A stretch of DNA of 64,000 bases from Macrostomum lignano (GCA_002269645.1 NIVC01001115.1:373403-437402); one strand, 5' to 3'. Numbered from the stretch's first letter, positions 14,301 to 27,129 are shown. Translations and numbers: made by a program. The notes: generated by a model not told the origin, from the letters alone.

Positions 14301-16061
14301 TAACCACTATTCTATAAAATAATTGTAACAGTAAAATTATAAAATTATATTTAAATTACTATTTAACTGTACTATAATATGTCTATGCTAGGCCTATGTA
14401 TGTACAATAATATTATAATACTAATAGTATACATACATACTAATATTTTTACTATTATTAATTATTATATTAGTATTTTTAGTATATTTTAATATAATAA
14501 TATAACAAATCAACTACAAACTAATCTATCTTATATTGTTATAATCTTAAAACCTTCTAATTAAACTAGACATATAGAATGTCTTTATGTATTAATAATA
14601 ATATGTCTTTAATTGTTTTAATGCCAGATTTGATATACATATAGGCTATAGCCTTGTTTAGTCTATAATACTTTTATTTTAATTTTTAGATTATTTTTTG
14701 ACTGATATTTAATATGTAATCAATAATTCACATAATATATAATATATATGTTTATTTAAATGTAAACAAAAACAATAATACAAAAGCTAAACTAGTATTA
14801 AGCAAAAGCAATTATTAATTTGCTAAAGTTATAATTATAAATCATTAAAATGTACTATATTGTAACATTTTAATGACCAGTCTCAATTTATTTTATTAAT
14901 ATCTTATTCAAATCAAATGAATCCACCAAAGCCAAAGCAGCCCCTATACATTCCCAGTTGTCTGAAGCAAGACTCAAGAGAAATTGCATTCTGAGCCTTA
15001 AAATTGCACCTTGAAATTTGGCACAAGGTGCGATTTCGCACCTTGTCTCTGGCGAAAAAAAACCCAGCTTATAGTTATAGAAAAAATACTCAATGCGCAC
15101 CTTGTATTAGGCCTAGTAGCTATTATATAGCAATATAAAAAATAATAGGTTCTAAAAAATGCATTAGTCATAATGCAAAATAAAAGAAAGATACAAGAAA
15201 ATAGTAATTTTATTTTGAATTTTATGACTTTTATGTATTTTTGATTTTTTTCTTAAACATTAATAAAATAACAATTGTCATAAAATTTATTTTTTTAATA
15301 CAATATATATTGTCTATATATTCAAATAAACTTTTTTTGTACTATTTGAATTGAATTGAATATTTGAAAAAAAGAGCAAATACATATTCACATATCACAC
15401 TTTACATGTAAACTAAGATTTTACTATATAGACTGTGCATTATGTTATGGCATACCACATGCTATATGACATAAATGCTAGAAAATTCCTTTGAGTACAC
15501 CACAATTTTGCATGAAATCCATTACCTTTCTAATTGTGGCATACCACTTTATTAAAGAATAAAAAATATGGGGAAATCCAAAAATCGGGGGCAAGTTTTA
15601 TGAAAATTCGTTTTTTGGCAATTTGAAAGCAATAAAGCTATAAAATAAATTTATTCAAGTTTTTAAAAAAAGTAAAAAAGTCTATTAAAGCACAAATTAT
15701 TTTCGTATAGCTTTATTTTTAATAAAATGATTTGTTAAAACGGTAAGTTTAATTACGACATAAAATGAGTCTAATGAAAATGATTGAAAAGCTATAATAA
15801 TGTCTTATAATAATCTAAGACATATATCTATATCTATATATATCTATATATATCTATATCTATATCTATATCTATATTAATCTAATAATCTAATCTGTAT
15901 TATAATAATCTTATAATGTTACACTCTATAATTCTACAACATATTTAACATTATTTTAAGGTTTTATTTGTTTATCACTTTCGTTACTCTTGACAACGTG
16001 TATTTTGTAGAGTTCGTTTGCAATAAATTGTATTCAACGTAAGTTTATTATTTAAACATAC

Positions 16062-16410
16062 AAATTCCCGTAAGGATCGGAAAATTGCATTTTACTCAGC
16101 TTCTACTAAAGCAATTTGGAAAATTCTTTTTTTCCTGCATACACGCCGCGATGATACATGTTTTAGTGTAATTTCATTGTTCTTCGTCGCTTAATAAGCA
16201 TACAGTAAGCATCTGATTTGGAAGCCGGGTAACACATTGGAATTCCCATAAGGATTGGAAAATTGCATTTTACTCAGCTTCTACTGAAGCGATTTGGAAA
16301 ATTCTTTTTTTCCTGCATACACGCCGCGATGATACATGTTTTAGTGTAATTTCATTGTTCTTCGTCGCTTAATAAGCATACAGTAAGCATCTGATTTGGA
16401 TGCCGGGTTC
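16062..16410. repeat. 178-bp tandem repeat, left array (about 2 units)
   Basis: Unit starts GGAAAATTGCATTTTACTCAGCTTCTAC at 16079 and 16257. Confidence 0.95.
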
Positions 16411-17037
16411 ACATTTTGTGGTACCATTTTTTACCCAAAATTTTTAAGTCTGAATATAGGCATATTACAAATACCAGTGTTGGGCACTTCCGTTACCGAG
16501 TAACTTGCAAATGGTAACGCAAGTTACTTTTTCGGAAAGCGTTCCTTACGCAAGTTACTTTTTTATTTTAGTAACGGAGTAACGGTAAGTTACTCAAATT
16601 TCGGAAGTCCGTTACCGTTACTTTGCAACAATTGCAATAGGCCTATTTATATTTAAAACTGTCAAAATACTATGCACCTTAGCTATTACGCTGGTTGTCA
16701 CATTTTTTACATTTGTCATGTTTAAATTTAAAATTAAGTGAATGGTATTATATGGTATTGATTGCATTGTAATTAAGAAAGAAATACTTGAAACATTTTT
16801 ACTTTGTTAATTTCGGTAAAATCGCTTTTCGTTTTCAAGTTAATAAAACTCAAAAAATCTAGTTGTAACTTACTTAACTTATTTTGTTTTCTAAAGTTCT
16901 TAGAAACAAAAAAGAAATTTGAAATTCATCTGTAACCTACCGCTCGACCTAGTGTAGCCTAGCCTCCACAACCACAAGTCTGTTACTTTACTGTTACAGT
17001 GTTACTGTTAATTGGTTAATCAATCGATTCAATCCCA

Positions 17038-20000
17038 ATGCGGCGATGCCCAATGGCAAATTTTGGTAAAAATAGTAGTAGGAGTAGTAGCAGCAATGTC
17101 AATGATGAGTTAGAGTCTGCAACTAGGTCTTCATCGCCTATTGTTATTGATGTTGAAGAACTTGAGAACGAGGACAATGAAGTTCAAGTTGAAGTTGTCA
17201 ATCAACAACAGCAAGTGCAGCAAGGGCAACGTATGCACCCTTGGCCACACTTGGAATCATACTTTAAACTTAAATCTTTTGAGTCAGAGGTGAATGCAAT
17301 TTTCACCTGCCAACTCTGTCAACCACTAGAACAGTGCATTAAAGCACATCTCTCAAGTCTACAAAATTTAAAAAAACATATTGCTTCAAAGCATAGTATT
17401 GAACAAGCAAAGGTAAGCAGCAAAAGCCCAATTAATCATTTTTCATTATCATTTGAATTTCATAATCATTTGATTTGATCACTTCATTGTTAGTATAGTT
17501 AGTGAATAGTGATATAATATATAATACAGTCATTCAGTCAATACTATTGACTATTGTGATTGTGAAGTTGTCTGTTGATAACTTGATTTAAAGATTTTTA
17601 ATATAGACATAGTATAGTAGTTATTTATTTTATTACTTATTGATTATTACTATTAGTATAGCATAAAGTATTGTATTTTGAATTTTTATATTACTTAATT
17701 TATTTTAATTATAAACATAACATAATATTATATATATTAACATAAAATTAAATTCTAATAAATTATCTAATGTTATATTTGTAACTTAATGTACCGTGAT
17801 ATATGTAACATTATATAATGTTAATTTTTATATAAAAAAAATTGATGAATGATGATAGTAATAGTAATATTATATTACTAATATAATAGTTATTTTAAAC
17901 TAAAAAATTATAATATATTAAATTATTTGATACTAAAAATATATATTATATTGCCACACTGATAGACTCATACATGCGCAACCTCCGAAATTCGGTCGGC
18001 CATGCGACTTAGTTTTAACAAAAATGCGACGTAGTTTTTGGCCAAAAATGCGACTTACATGTAAAAAAAACCCTAAAGCAAAATTAACGCAACTTTAGGT
18101 AAACGGCAGGAGTAACTATGACTGTGTTATTAATTCAAAATGCCTCGTCAGCTACTTAGTACTACTATTTGGTTATTTTTTTGGGTGGGCATTTTTGCGA
18201 CTTACTTGGTTGGCCGCCAAATCGGTCGGCCGGATCGGCCGACTCGGCCGACTGTTGCGCATGTATGGATAGACTTCACTTTAATTTAAGCAATTAAACT
18301 AGTTAATATAATTCATATTTTTATTGAATTGATTAATTGAATAATGAAAAATTATTAGTAACTAAATTTGCATGAAGCCACTGGCACTTACTCATATTTT
18401 ATAAATTTTAGTTTGAAGAACTCTGCAAGGTTGGTTCCAAAAGAGGAAAAAAGCGATGTGCTAGCCCAAAGCCAATAGCCAAGGATTCATTTTTTCAGCC
18501 AGTGTTGGCTAGGCCAAAATCCAACCAATCGGGTTCTATGACTGATGTTACTACTGCTACTGCTACTGTTACAACAGCTAGTTCTAGACCTAGTCTGTCT
18601 AGTCCTACTTCTAAGTTGACTGTCTTGACTGCCTGCCCTAGTCCTAGTCCGGCTAGTCCTAGTAGTACTGCTAATGCTACTATACTGACTAGTCTCAGTG
18701 GTCTGACTACTCCTAGTCCTAGTCCTAGTAAGGCTAGTGCTAAAGCTAGACCAAAGCATCAGGCAACAATTTGGAAAGCTATTGGCTACAACACTGGCAA
18801 TTCAGCTTCTCAAGAGGAAATTGAAACTGCCATACTTGACTTTGTCATTGAGAATATGCTGCCCCTGCAGTGCATTGAATCACCGTCATTTCATCGACTG
18901 GTCAAAAAACTTGATCAGTCCAAGGATGTGCCATCAAGGCGTACTCTGGGCAGGCGAATGACTACAGCATTTGGTTTTATGGAACAGAAGCTTAACAGGT
19001 ATATTTTATTTATTTTATAATTATACTTAATAATAAAATAATATAATGTAATGTTATCCTAAGAATTAGGACATTTTCTGAAACCCAACAGCTTAAATTG
19101 ATCTATGAAATATCAATTTTAACTTCAGCCTTCTTGAGAACCAGAGTCATGTTGCAACAACGGCTGACTGCTGGACTTCTGCTGGCCAAAGAGCCTACTT
19201 AGGCGTGACCTGCCACTGGCTGGAGAAGGAGTCAAATGCTCGCCAGCACGCCATTATTGCCTTCCAGCGCCTACAAGGCAGTCACACTGGAGCAGCCTTG
19301 GCCAGCGAGCTGCTGGCCATTCATGCAAAGTTCAGTATTGACAGCAAGGTAGTCATGACTACAACTGATAATGGCGCAAATTTTGTGAAGGTAATTAATT
19401 TAAATAGTCATAATTTTATACAACTAAATTGTACTGCAGTCTGTAGTAAAGTGATGTGTAGGTCATAGGTGTAGTCTAGTGTAATCAGTGTCACTGACAC
19501 TGTGTCAGTGTGTAGTAAATACGAGATAGATAATCTAGATTAGATCTTCATCTTTGACCAGTGCAGTTCAGTTTGAAATTGAAACCAAACCCAAACCAAA
19601 ACCAAACTCACCAACTGGCACCCACACATTGTGCAGGCTTTTCGCGACTATGGCATCGCCTGCCGCTCTCTCTGTGAGCCGCAGAATCAAAATGAATCTT
19701 CTGCCTCTGCTGCTGCTGAGCCAGATGACATTGACACCGATCAAGCCGAAGTCGAGGACGACGAAGCTTCGTTTGGCTTTGTCCAGCCTGGTGACAACCG
19801 GGATACGGCTCGTGGTGAAGTCCCATTCTGCCTGCCACTCGCGACTGTGCCCGTCGCCGATCAGATCGAACTAGACCACGAAGACGACAACGTCAAGAAC
19901 TTGCCGATGCATATGCGCTGTGCATCTCACACACTGAATCTTGTTGGGTCGACGGACGCTATCGCTGCTATCGAGAAATTTCCGGAACTAAAACAACAGT

Positions 20001-21022
20001 TTCGCAAGACGATCGGCAAGGCTCAAGGGCTGTGGAACGCCCAAGGACGAAGCTCAACTGTCGCTGATACGATTCAGCAGGAACTGAAGAAAAAGTTGCT
20101 AGTACCCAATTCAACTCGTTGGAATTCGATGTACAACAGCATTTCCCAATTGAACGATCTTTTTGAGGCGGGTATGCGTACATCAGTAAATAAAATAATG
20201 ATCAGCATGAACAAGCCGTTGCCCACGTTTCAACTTGATGATGCCACTTTTTTGAAGGAGTATCACACCGTAATGACGCCAGTTGCCAAGGCCCTTGACC
20301 TTCTCCAAGGCGAGAAAAATGTCCACCTTGGAGTACTTCTTCCGACAATCGCCAGCGTTCTCTCAAAACTAGATGCTATGCAGACAGTGCCTCTGAACTA
20401 CTGTACTGGGCTGCTAACATCTCTACAAGGATCGATTATTCGACGATTCGAAGCAGCATTCGACAACACCGAATGCCTTCTGGCAGCGGGATTTCACCCA
20501 CGATTTCGGCTGACGTGGCTCAAGAAGTATCATGCTTCAAAATGTTCTGCTGTTCAGCGCGCCATGGAGGTTGCTGTGCAGGAAGAGCTGTCAATGCAGG
20601 CGACTGATCAGGCGAGTGCTTCTAGCGACAGTGACAACGGCACCAACTGCAACAACAACAACAACATCCTGGAAGACGATCTTCTTGACGCTGTCAGCCA
20701 TCCACTAAAAAGAAAAGAGAAGGCCAGGAACCCGTCAGTAAAAACATTAGCTAAAACTATTGTCCAAGACTGGCTGAATGGAGTGTGGCGACCGAGCGAC
20801 GGTGTAACCGATGCCGCATTCAAGACAACACCTGTCATCCACCCTTTGTTTGTAAAATTCAACACGCCGTTGCCGTCCAGCGCTGCTGTTGAACGACTGT
20901 TTTCAGTGGCCAAAGATGTTCTTCGTGCGAAGCGTGCGCCACTTGCTGACAGCACTCTAACCAAGCTGTTGCTCCTGCGCGAAAATCGTCACCTAATTGG
21001 GCTGGGCGGCAGCAACAACTGA
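17038..21022 (+). CDS. hAT transposase with BED zinc finger, DDE core and C-terminal dimerisation domain (about 869 aa)
   Basis: Exons 17038-17412, 18412-18998, 19129-19390 and 19637-21022 total 2610 nt with no stop or frameshift. Motifs: BED (WPHLESYF..CQLC..NLKKHIASKH), TTADCWTS, TTDNGANFVK|AF, RCASHTLNL, TRWNS, PLPSSAAVERLFS. The start could instead be the second ATG at 17053. Confidence 0.93.
17969..18267. mobile_element. 299-bp MITE nested in intron 1 of the hAT transposase
   Basis: Perfect 14-bp TIR CATACATGCGCAAC / GTTGCGCATGTATG. The 8-bp TSD GATAGACT lies at 17961-17968 and 18268-18275. Confidence 0.95.
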
Positions 21023-22375
21023 ACTGACAATTTTTTCTCTTGATTTGAATTTTATCCTGCTGTGCTGGTTAGTGGTTAGGTTAGTTAATAGCTACATGTA
21101 TAAAAAATATTACATTATATAACTATATTATGTTATAAATTTATAGTTATTGTTATTGACGGTATGGATGGACCTTATGGTTATTGTGTCGGATCTGATG
21201 TTGGCAAGTTATGGGCCATGCCGCCATAATTATGGTTTGCTGATCTGGTAGAGTGGCTGGTGGCTGCTAGTGCTAGGAGTGGTTATAGTCGTTGTAGAAT
21301 CGCCCGACGCCCTCACTTTCCCCTTAGAATCGTATCGGCGTATTGCCCTCAGTTTCCTGGTTAGTTAGAATTAGAACTTCAACTTAGAACTTATTAGAAG
21401 TTAGAACTTACTACAACTTACTTAAATACTCGAGAATAGTTTATTGGCATTGGCAATTTTGCATTAATTGATTGAAATTGACAACTTGTTTTGATTTCAT
21501 TCATAATTTCAAAGGTAAAGTAAGTTAATTGCTGATAAGTTTAATCAATATTCCAAGCCCCCTCAGCGTAAAATTATTTAGTAAATTACAAACGCAGAAA
21601 CACTTTTTAGTTACTATTTATTTTCATCCATTTTTGTTAATCCATCCATGTTTTTATTGTTTAAACGGTATCACAGGATACGCGGATATTTTAACGAATT
21701 ATGTTAAATGTTCAAAGTTTCAGTATATTAATTAATTAAATATTTTTCTATTCATTTATAATTTAATATTGTATTTATTAACGATATTGATAATAATTGA
21801 AAATAAAAATAGACTAGTAAAGCAGACTGCAGAGTGCAGTAAAGCCACGTAGTTATTATCTTATTACGTGTTTTATAACTTATAATGTTGTTATTTTATT
21901 TATTATTGTTATTAAAAAATTAAAAATGCCGCGTTTTGCCTTTAAAAGTTTCTGACCTTCAGCTTCTTTTCTTTTTACAGAAATGGCCAAAAGTGGTTAA
22001 AATTTATTACAGTTACTGAAATTAATGTTGTTGTATTCGTCCTCCTAGCTCTTGCGATAAGTTGTGCTGTTCCTGGCTCTCCTGCGCATCTAAAATTTAA
22101 AAAAGCAGAAAATTTTGTTAATAACATAGGTAACGGAAGTGAGTAACGGAAGTAACTTAAAAGTTACCAGGTTTTTGTCTAAAGTTACTAGGCTAACGTA
22201 AGTTACTTTTTAAAAATCGGTAACTTAAGTTACAGTAACGCAAGTTACTTTTTTTGAGTAACTTGCCCAACACTGACAAATACTAATACTATGCAAATTG
22301 ATATTTAAATGAAAGAAGCTTCCAAAAACCGATCTACACTGGCAGGCCCTGTCGTCATGGCGGTCAGCAGGTCTC

Positions 22376-22753
22376 TCATGCGTTATGTACCATACCGCCA
22401 TTCACAGGCAATATGATCTTCATGTCGTGTTGAAGAAAGTGAAAGAGCTGCACGACAACATTAGCGTAGCATTGCAGACCTCTGTTTGAGAGGTCAACAA
22501 GACTCGGATTCTGCGAATGGCCAAAGTCTGATTGTTGAGTCTCATGTTGACTCTGCTGGTCTTGACGATGATGTTGGGGATGCTGGCTCCGGTCCCGTTG
22601 GCTGTTTTGGTGAGCCTGAGATGTTGTTTCATCTACACTGCCATAAAATCTGGAAATGAGTCTGCGCGGAAGGACAGAATCAAAGAAACGAACTCTTGCA
22701 CCAGAATTCTGGTAACTTTGAGGCTCGTCTTCAGCACGGCCATGACATGGCAG
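22376..22753 (-). pseudogene. 125-codon open frame ending in a peptidase C19/USP-like Cys box fragment
   Basis: Own translation: LPCHGRAEDEPQSYQNSGARVRFFDSVLPRRLISRFYGSVDETTSQAHQNSQRDRSQHPQHHRQDQQSQHETQQSDFGHSQNPSLVDLSNRGLQCYANVVVQLFHFLQHDMKIILPVNGGMVHNA*. The segment LSNRGLQCYANVVVQL resembles the USP consensus LxNxGNTCYxNSxLQ. No His box or start codon was seen. Confidence 0.45.
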
Positions 22754-22833
22754 TCACAACCTGCGGTTCTGCTACAGGCAACTGATGTCGAGCAGTAGCC
22801 ATGTAGAAATCGAAGGCCAGAATCTCGAAAGTC

Positions 22834-23520
22834 AAATTGCATTTTACTCAGCTTCTACTAAAGCGATTTGGAAAATTCTTTTTTTCCTGCATACACGCCG
22901 CAATGATACATGTTTTAGTGTAATTTCATTGTTCTTCGTCACTTAATAAGCATACAGTAAGCATCTGATTTGGAAGCCGGGTAACACATTGGAATTCCCA
23001 TAAGGATTGGAAAATTGCATTTTACTCAGCTTCTACTGAAGTGATTTGGAAAATTCTTTTTTTCCTGCATACACGCCGCGATGATACATGTTTTAGTGTA
23101 ATTTCATTGTTCTTCGTCGCTTAATAAGCATACAGTAAGCATCTGATTTGGAAGCCGGGTAACACATTGGAATTCCCATAAGGATTGGAAAATTGCATTT
23201 TACTCAGCTTCTACTGAAGCAATTAGGAAAATTCTTTTTTTCTTGCATACACGCCGCGATGATACATGTTTTAGTGTAATTTCATTGTTCTTCGTCGCTT
23301 AATAAGCATACAGTAAGCATCTGATTTGGAAGCCGGGTAACACATTGGAATTCCCATAAGGATTGGAAAATTGCATTTTACTCAGCTTCTACTGAAGCGA
23401 TTTGGAAAATTCTTTTTTTCCTGCATACACGCCGCGATAATACATGTTTTAGTGTAATTTCATTGTTCTTTGTCGCTTAATAAGCACATAGTAAGCATCT
23501 GATTTGGATGCCGGGTTCAC
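22834..23520. repeat. 178-bp tandem repeat, right array (about 4 units), followed by an empty hAT site
   Basis: Unit starts at about 22831, 23009, 23187 and 23365. The downstream flank repeats the sequence around the hAT insertion, with a single ACAAATAC at 23575-23582. Confidence 0.95.
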
Positions 23521-26500
23521 ATTTTGTGGTACCATTTTTTACCCAAAATTTTTAAGTCTAAATATAGGCATATTACAAATACTAATACTATGCAAATTGA
23601 TATTTAAATGAAAGAAAACAACTAAAAGATTATTTTGCAACAAGGAATTAGCGATATATTTACTTTTAGAAAAAGATGTTTGCTGGCAAACTTTGCACTT
23701 TATATTAGTATGAATTTTTGCGAGTTTATATGGTTTTAGAAAAACTTTGAAATCCTTAGAAATACTTCATCTTTTTGAATTGAATAAAAGTAAAACACAG
23801 ATTACTTTCTGTTTTGTAAGTAGTAAAAAAATTAGCCTTCTCTAAGGCCTACAAGTCTTAAAATTAATTGTTTAATAATGAAAAAAAGTGAAACAAAAAT
23901 TGCAAATCGGTCAACTCGGACTTTCAAAATGCTTTTTTGTGGTTTTTTCTTATTTATTCAACAATATAAAGCATGAAAACAATAGTTTTTATCCAGAACT
24001 ATTTTCTAAAGACCTATCTATCTTTCAAAAACCTTTTTTAGATACATTACTTTCCATCGAATGTCCGCAGATATGTTTTACCGTTTTATCCCACGTTTTT
24101 GGATTTCGCCATATATATAAAATAAATAAATATGAATACTAAAAACTTGCTTTTGTAACAGGCCTATGAAAAAACCAAACAACTGAAAATACAAAAAATT
24201 AACTATAGAACTATAGTATTGGGAACTAATAACTATTTATTTATTAAATAAAACCAAAGCCAATAATTTGTCATTTACTTTATTTTTGCACTTTATTTCC
24301 TTCATAATTTATAGCTCAATAGAGATTAGATCCAGAATTTAAATTTATCTTATGTATCCAAACTAAGTCTCCACCATTTTTTTGATAGGCCTATACATAA
24401 TACTTGGATACTCCACAACTTTTACTTGGGTTAAGAACTCTAGTTCAGATTAAAACTAAAACTAGGCCTTGGGCTAGGCCCCTAAGAAAATAAGAATGAT
24501 CAAGTGTAAAGACAAAGTAAATAAATTGCCCTTACATAAATTTGATGGTTCAGTTCAGTATAACCAACTTATTTATCGCATGTAGACAATATGGATTTTT
24601 TGCTAGCAAGCTAATTATTTCGTATTATATTATATATAGTGGAGTGATACAGAAAACCATAAAATCATAATTATTACACAACAGAAATAATGGTGCTCAT
24701 CGCCTTGCTTACCGTCTTCGAAGTCGTAGTATTTCGAATCCATCTTTTAACGAATGTTTTACCGTAGCAAAAATAAATCGAAATGGTTGAATACTAGTTT
24801 ATCGGTAAAAATCATATTTTTGTGATTTCGTAAGTTTAAATGCAGATTGCTCAGTCATAACGTATTAAAACAAAAACTTTAATCGTTAACTTGTGCTCTT
24901 TAGTATATTTAAATCAAATAACAGATTTATGCTTCAGTGTCAGAAATTAAAAACTACTTTGCTTTTTTATTCAATTTAATAATAAATTATAAGCTAATCG
25001 TACGGATTTTTTAAATTGACCTATTTGCGTATTGGTTTTAAAATGTCCGCATAATAGGATCGTACTAATATTAAAGCTGTCGTAGCGTAAGTTCGATCGT
25101 ACGTCGGAATTTTACACTGCGAAGATAGGAGGTAAGAACGATCTTATCTTACGATGGCTTTTTAGAACGGGCCCAATATTTTTATACCTTACCTTACTCT
25201 CTCGATTCTTTCAAACAAAGAGCAACACAAAGAGGCAGCTAGGGCTGTTTACATGATTTTTGTTGGACTTTCTTAATGGAAAAGTTTTGTCCCGGACAAT
25301 ATAAAAATATGGTACAAAATTTGCTGCATCTTTATGCACACTTTTGCAATTGCATAATTTTTCATGAAAATAATATGTCAGTCGCCCCCCGTCCATTTCT
25401 GTCGAGAAGCAAAATTACCGAATTCTTGAAATACATGTATAGTTAAGTGGCAGCGTGGCTGGTTAACTTGTATCGCTTTAAGCAAAAAGCTTTGCGAAAA
25501 TATAGTCTTGGCTTGCCATTTGATATTCGAACATTAGTAGCATGTATAAAATACATGTTAAGTTTTTGCCGAAGAGTATTTAAAGACGTCGAGTTGAAAA
25601 CATGTACATGCATGACTAGCTATCTACCTAGCTAATCTACCTAGCTATTAGCTATCTTCTGTTTAAAGAGTTTAAGGCTCGGCTGGATGTGCGAAAGGCA
25701 AAAGACGCACGGGGAGAGTAGCTTCAGACGGAAACTTCGTCTATATACTTTCGTCTTTCGGAAACTTTCGTCTATATACTATATACTGTATATAGACGAT
25801 TTCGCAATCAATTAATATAGCATGCCATACATGTACTATACATATGTACATGTACATGCGCGCGTACATGTATATCATGCAATGGCCTTTCTAAGTGAGA
25901 TAGGCCTTTGAATTCCCGCCCTCGCCATAGAAATCGATATTTTTAGGAAATTTTTGTTTAAAACCTCGATCCATTGGAGTGCGCCACTTTAGGACTCAGT
26001 CACCCCCCCTTTCTAGCTAGCAGTGTCTTGCCGCTCGGGCACTGCGCGCTACCAGGGCAATCTGTATTCACGTGAGAGCCCATGCCATAACCCAACTTCA
26101 CAACATCGTAATTTTAGTAGGCTACTAGAGCGTTATGGACAAACATACAAACCCTAGAGATTTAGTATATTTGGATAGCGACCCTAATCATTAATTTCAT
26201 CAAATTCTAAATTGTAATAAGTTTCGCCTGTTACAACTTGGTAACAGCGGTAGGATTTCATAGAATAGCTTAAATAACCCTATGACGACTTGGTGGCATT
26301 GTGGAATTTTAAAGCGAAGGAAGAAAAGCCCTCGTACAACTTGGTGATTGCGCGGTGGAATTTATAGAATAATAATAGTCCCCTGGTACAAAAGAGCCAA
26401 AGAATCAAGAAGTATGAACGAAACTGTAACAAATAGTAAATGCAAAGTTTTCATTTTTAGTATATCTGATAGGGGACAGAGGCAAGAGGTTTGACGCTGA

Positions 26501-27129
26501 AAGTCTACGTATTTATATATTTAGGATGCATCAAGGTATAGTACATGTATAAATCATGGATCGCTAAGAAAAATACATGTGAGTAATATCAGCCAGCCTT
26601 AACTTGTCAATGAAAGCTTTCAAATGTCCTCTCGATGTCCGACCTCTCTGAAGAATCTTCATCACGCCCGTACAGCCGTACAGCAATCCGCGACATCGGT
26701 TGACGACGTTCCCGACGTCTATCGCCGTCGTTGAAAAATGTACTTTTACATTGATCGACGGATAACGTTGTCGACATCGTACGTCATTACTGATGCCCAA
26801 GACTGGCATGTAGTCCTTGCAGCGAATTTTCGTTCGAATGAAGCTAGTTAAAAGTAAAAACTATAATTAACTCCTTTAGATTGAAAGTGAGTACGCTGAG
26901 TACGGCGAGAATGCAATTAAATCACAACAAAGTACATGATGCACCAAATTTAATGTCGGAACGTTTTTGCTATCCTTTTAAAAATACGAGTTAGATACAC
27001 ATGCACGTAGAAATAATATCGCGTCCTCTAGTTAAACTGACTGTTTGAATACCACTTGAACAAAGCTATATAGCTCGTACTTCCATTGTTCATTCCTACT
27101 CTTCTAAGGCTTTTAAACTAGATTCAATT

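Larger units (their letters stand above)
16475..22275 (+). mobile_element. Autonomous hAT DNA transposon, 5801 bp
   Basis: Perfect 12-bp TIR CAGTGTTGGGCA / TGCCCAACACTG. The 8-bp TSD ACAAATAC lies at 16467-16474 and 22276-22283. Subterminal GTAAC/GTTAC repeats occur at both ends, and the transposase gene is internal. Confidence 0.97.
15570..24110. mobile_element. Candidate outer TIR element enclosing the 178-bp arrays, the hAT element and the USP-like fragment
   Basis: The left end GGGGAAATCCAAAAA and the reverse complement of the right end GGCGAAATCCAAAAA match at 14/15 positions, and both are flanked by AT. No transposase belonging to it was seen. Confidence 0.3.

Noticed and set aside
24470-25175. 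Possible Harbinger-like MITE ending TAGAACGGGCCC
   Set aside because: Only one convincing terminus; no matching left TIR or TSD.
26564-26830. CpG-rich island tested as BPTF exon 1 or a separate gene
   Set aside because: No frame gave BPTF-like sequence or a suitable donor, and the other frames have stops.
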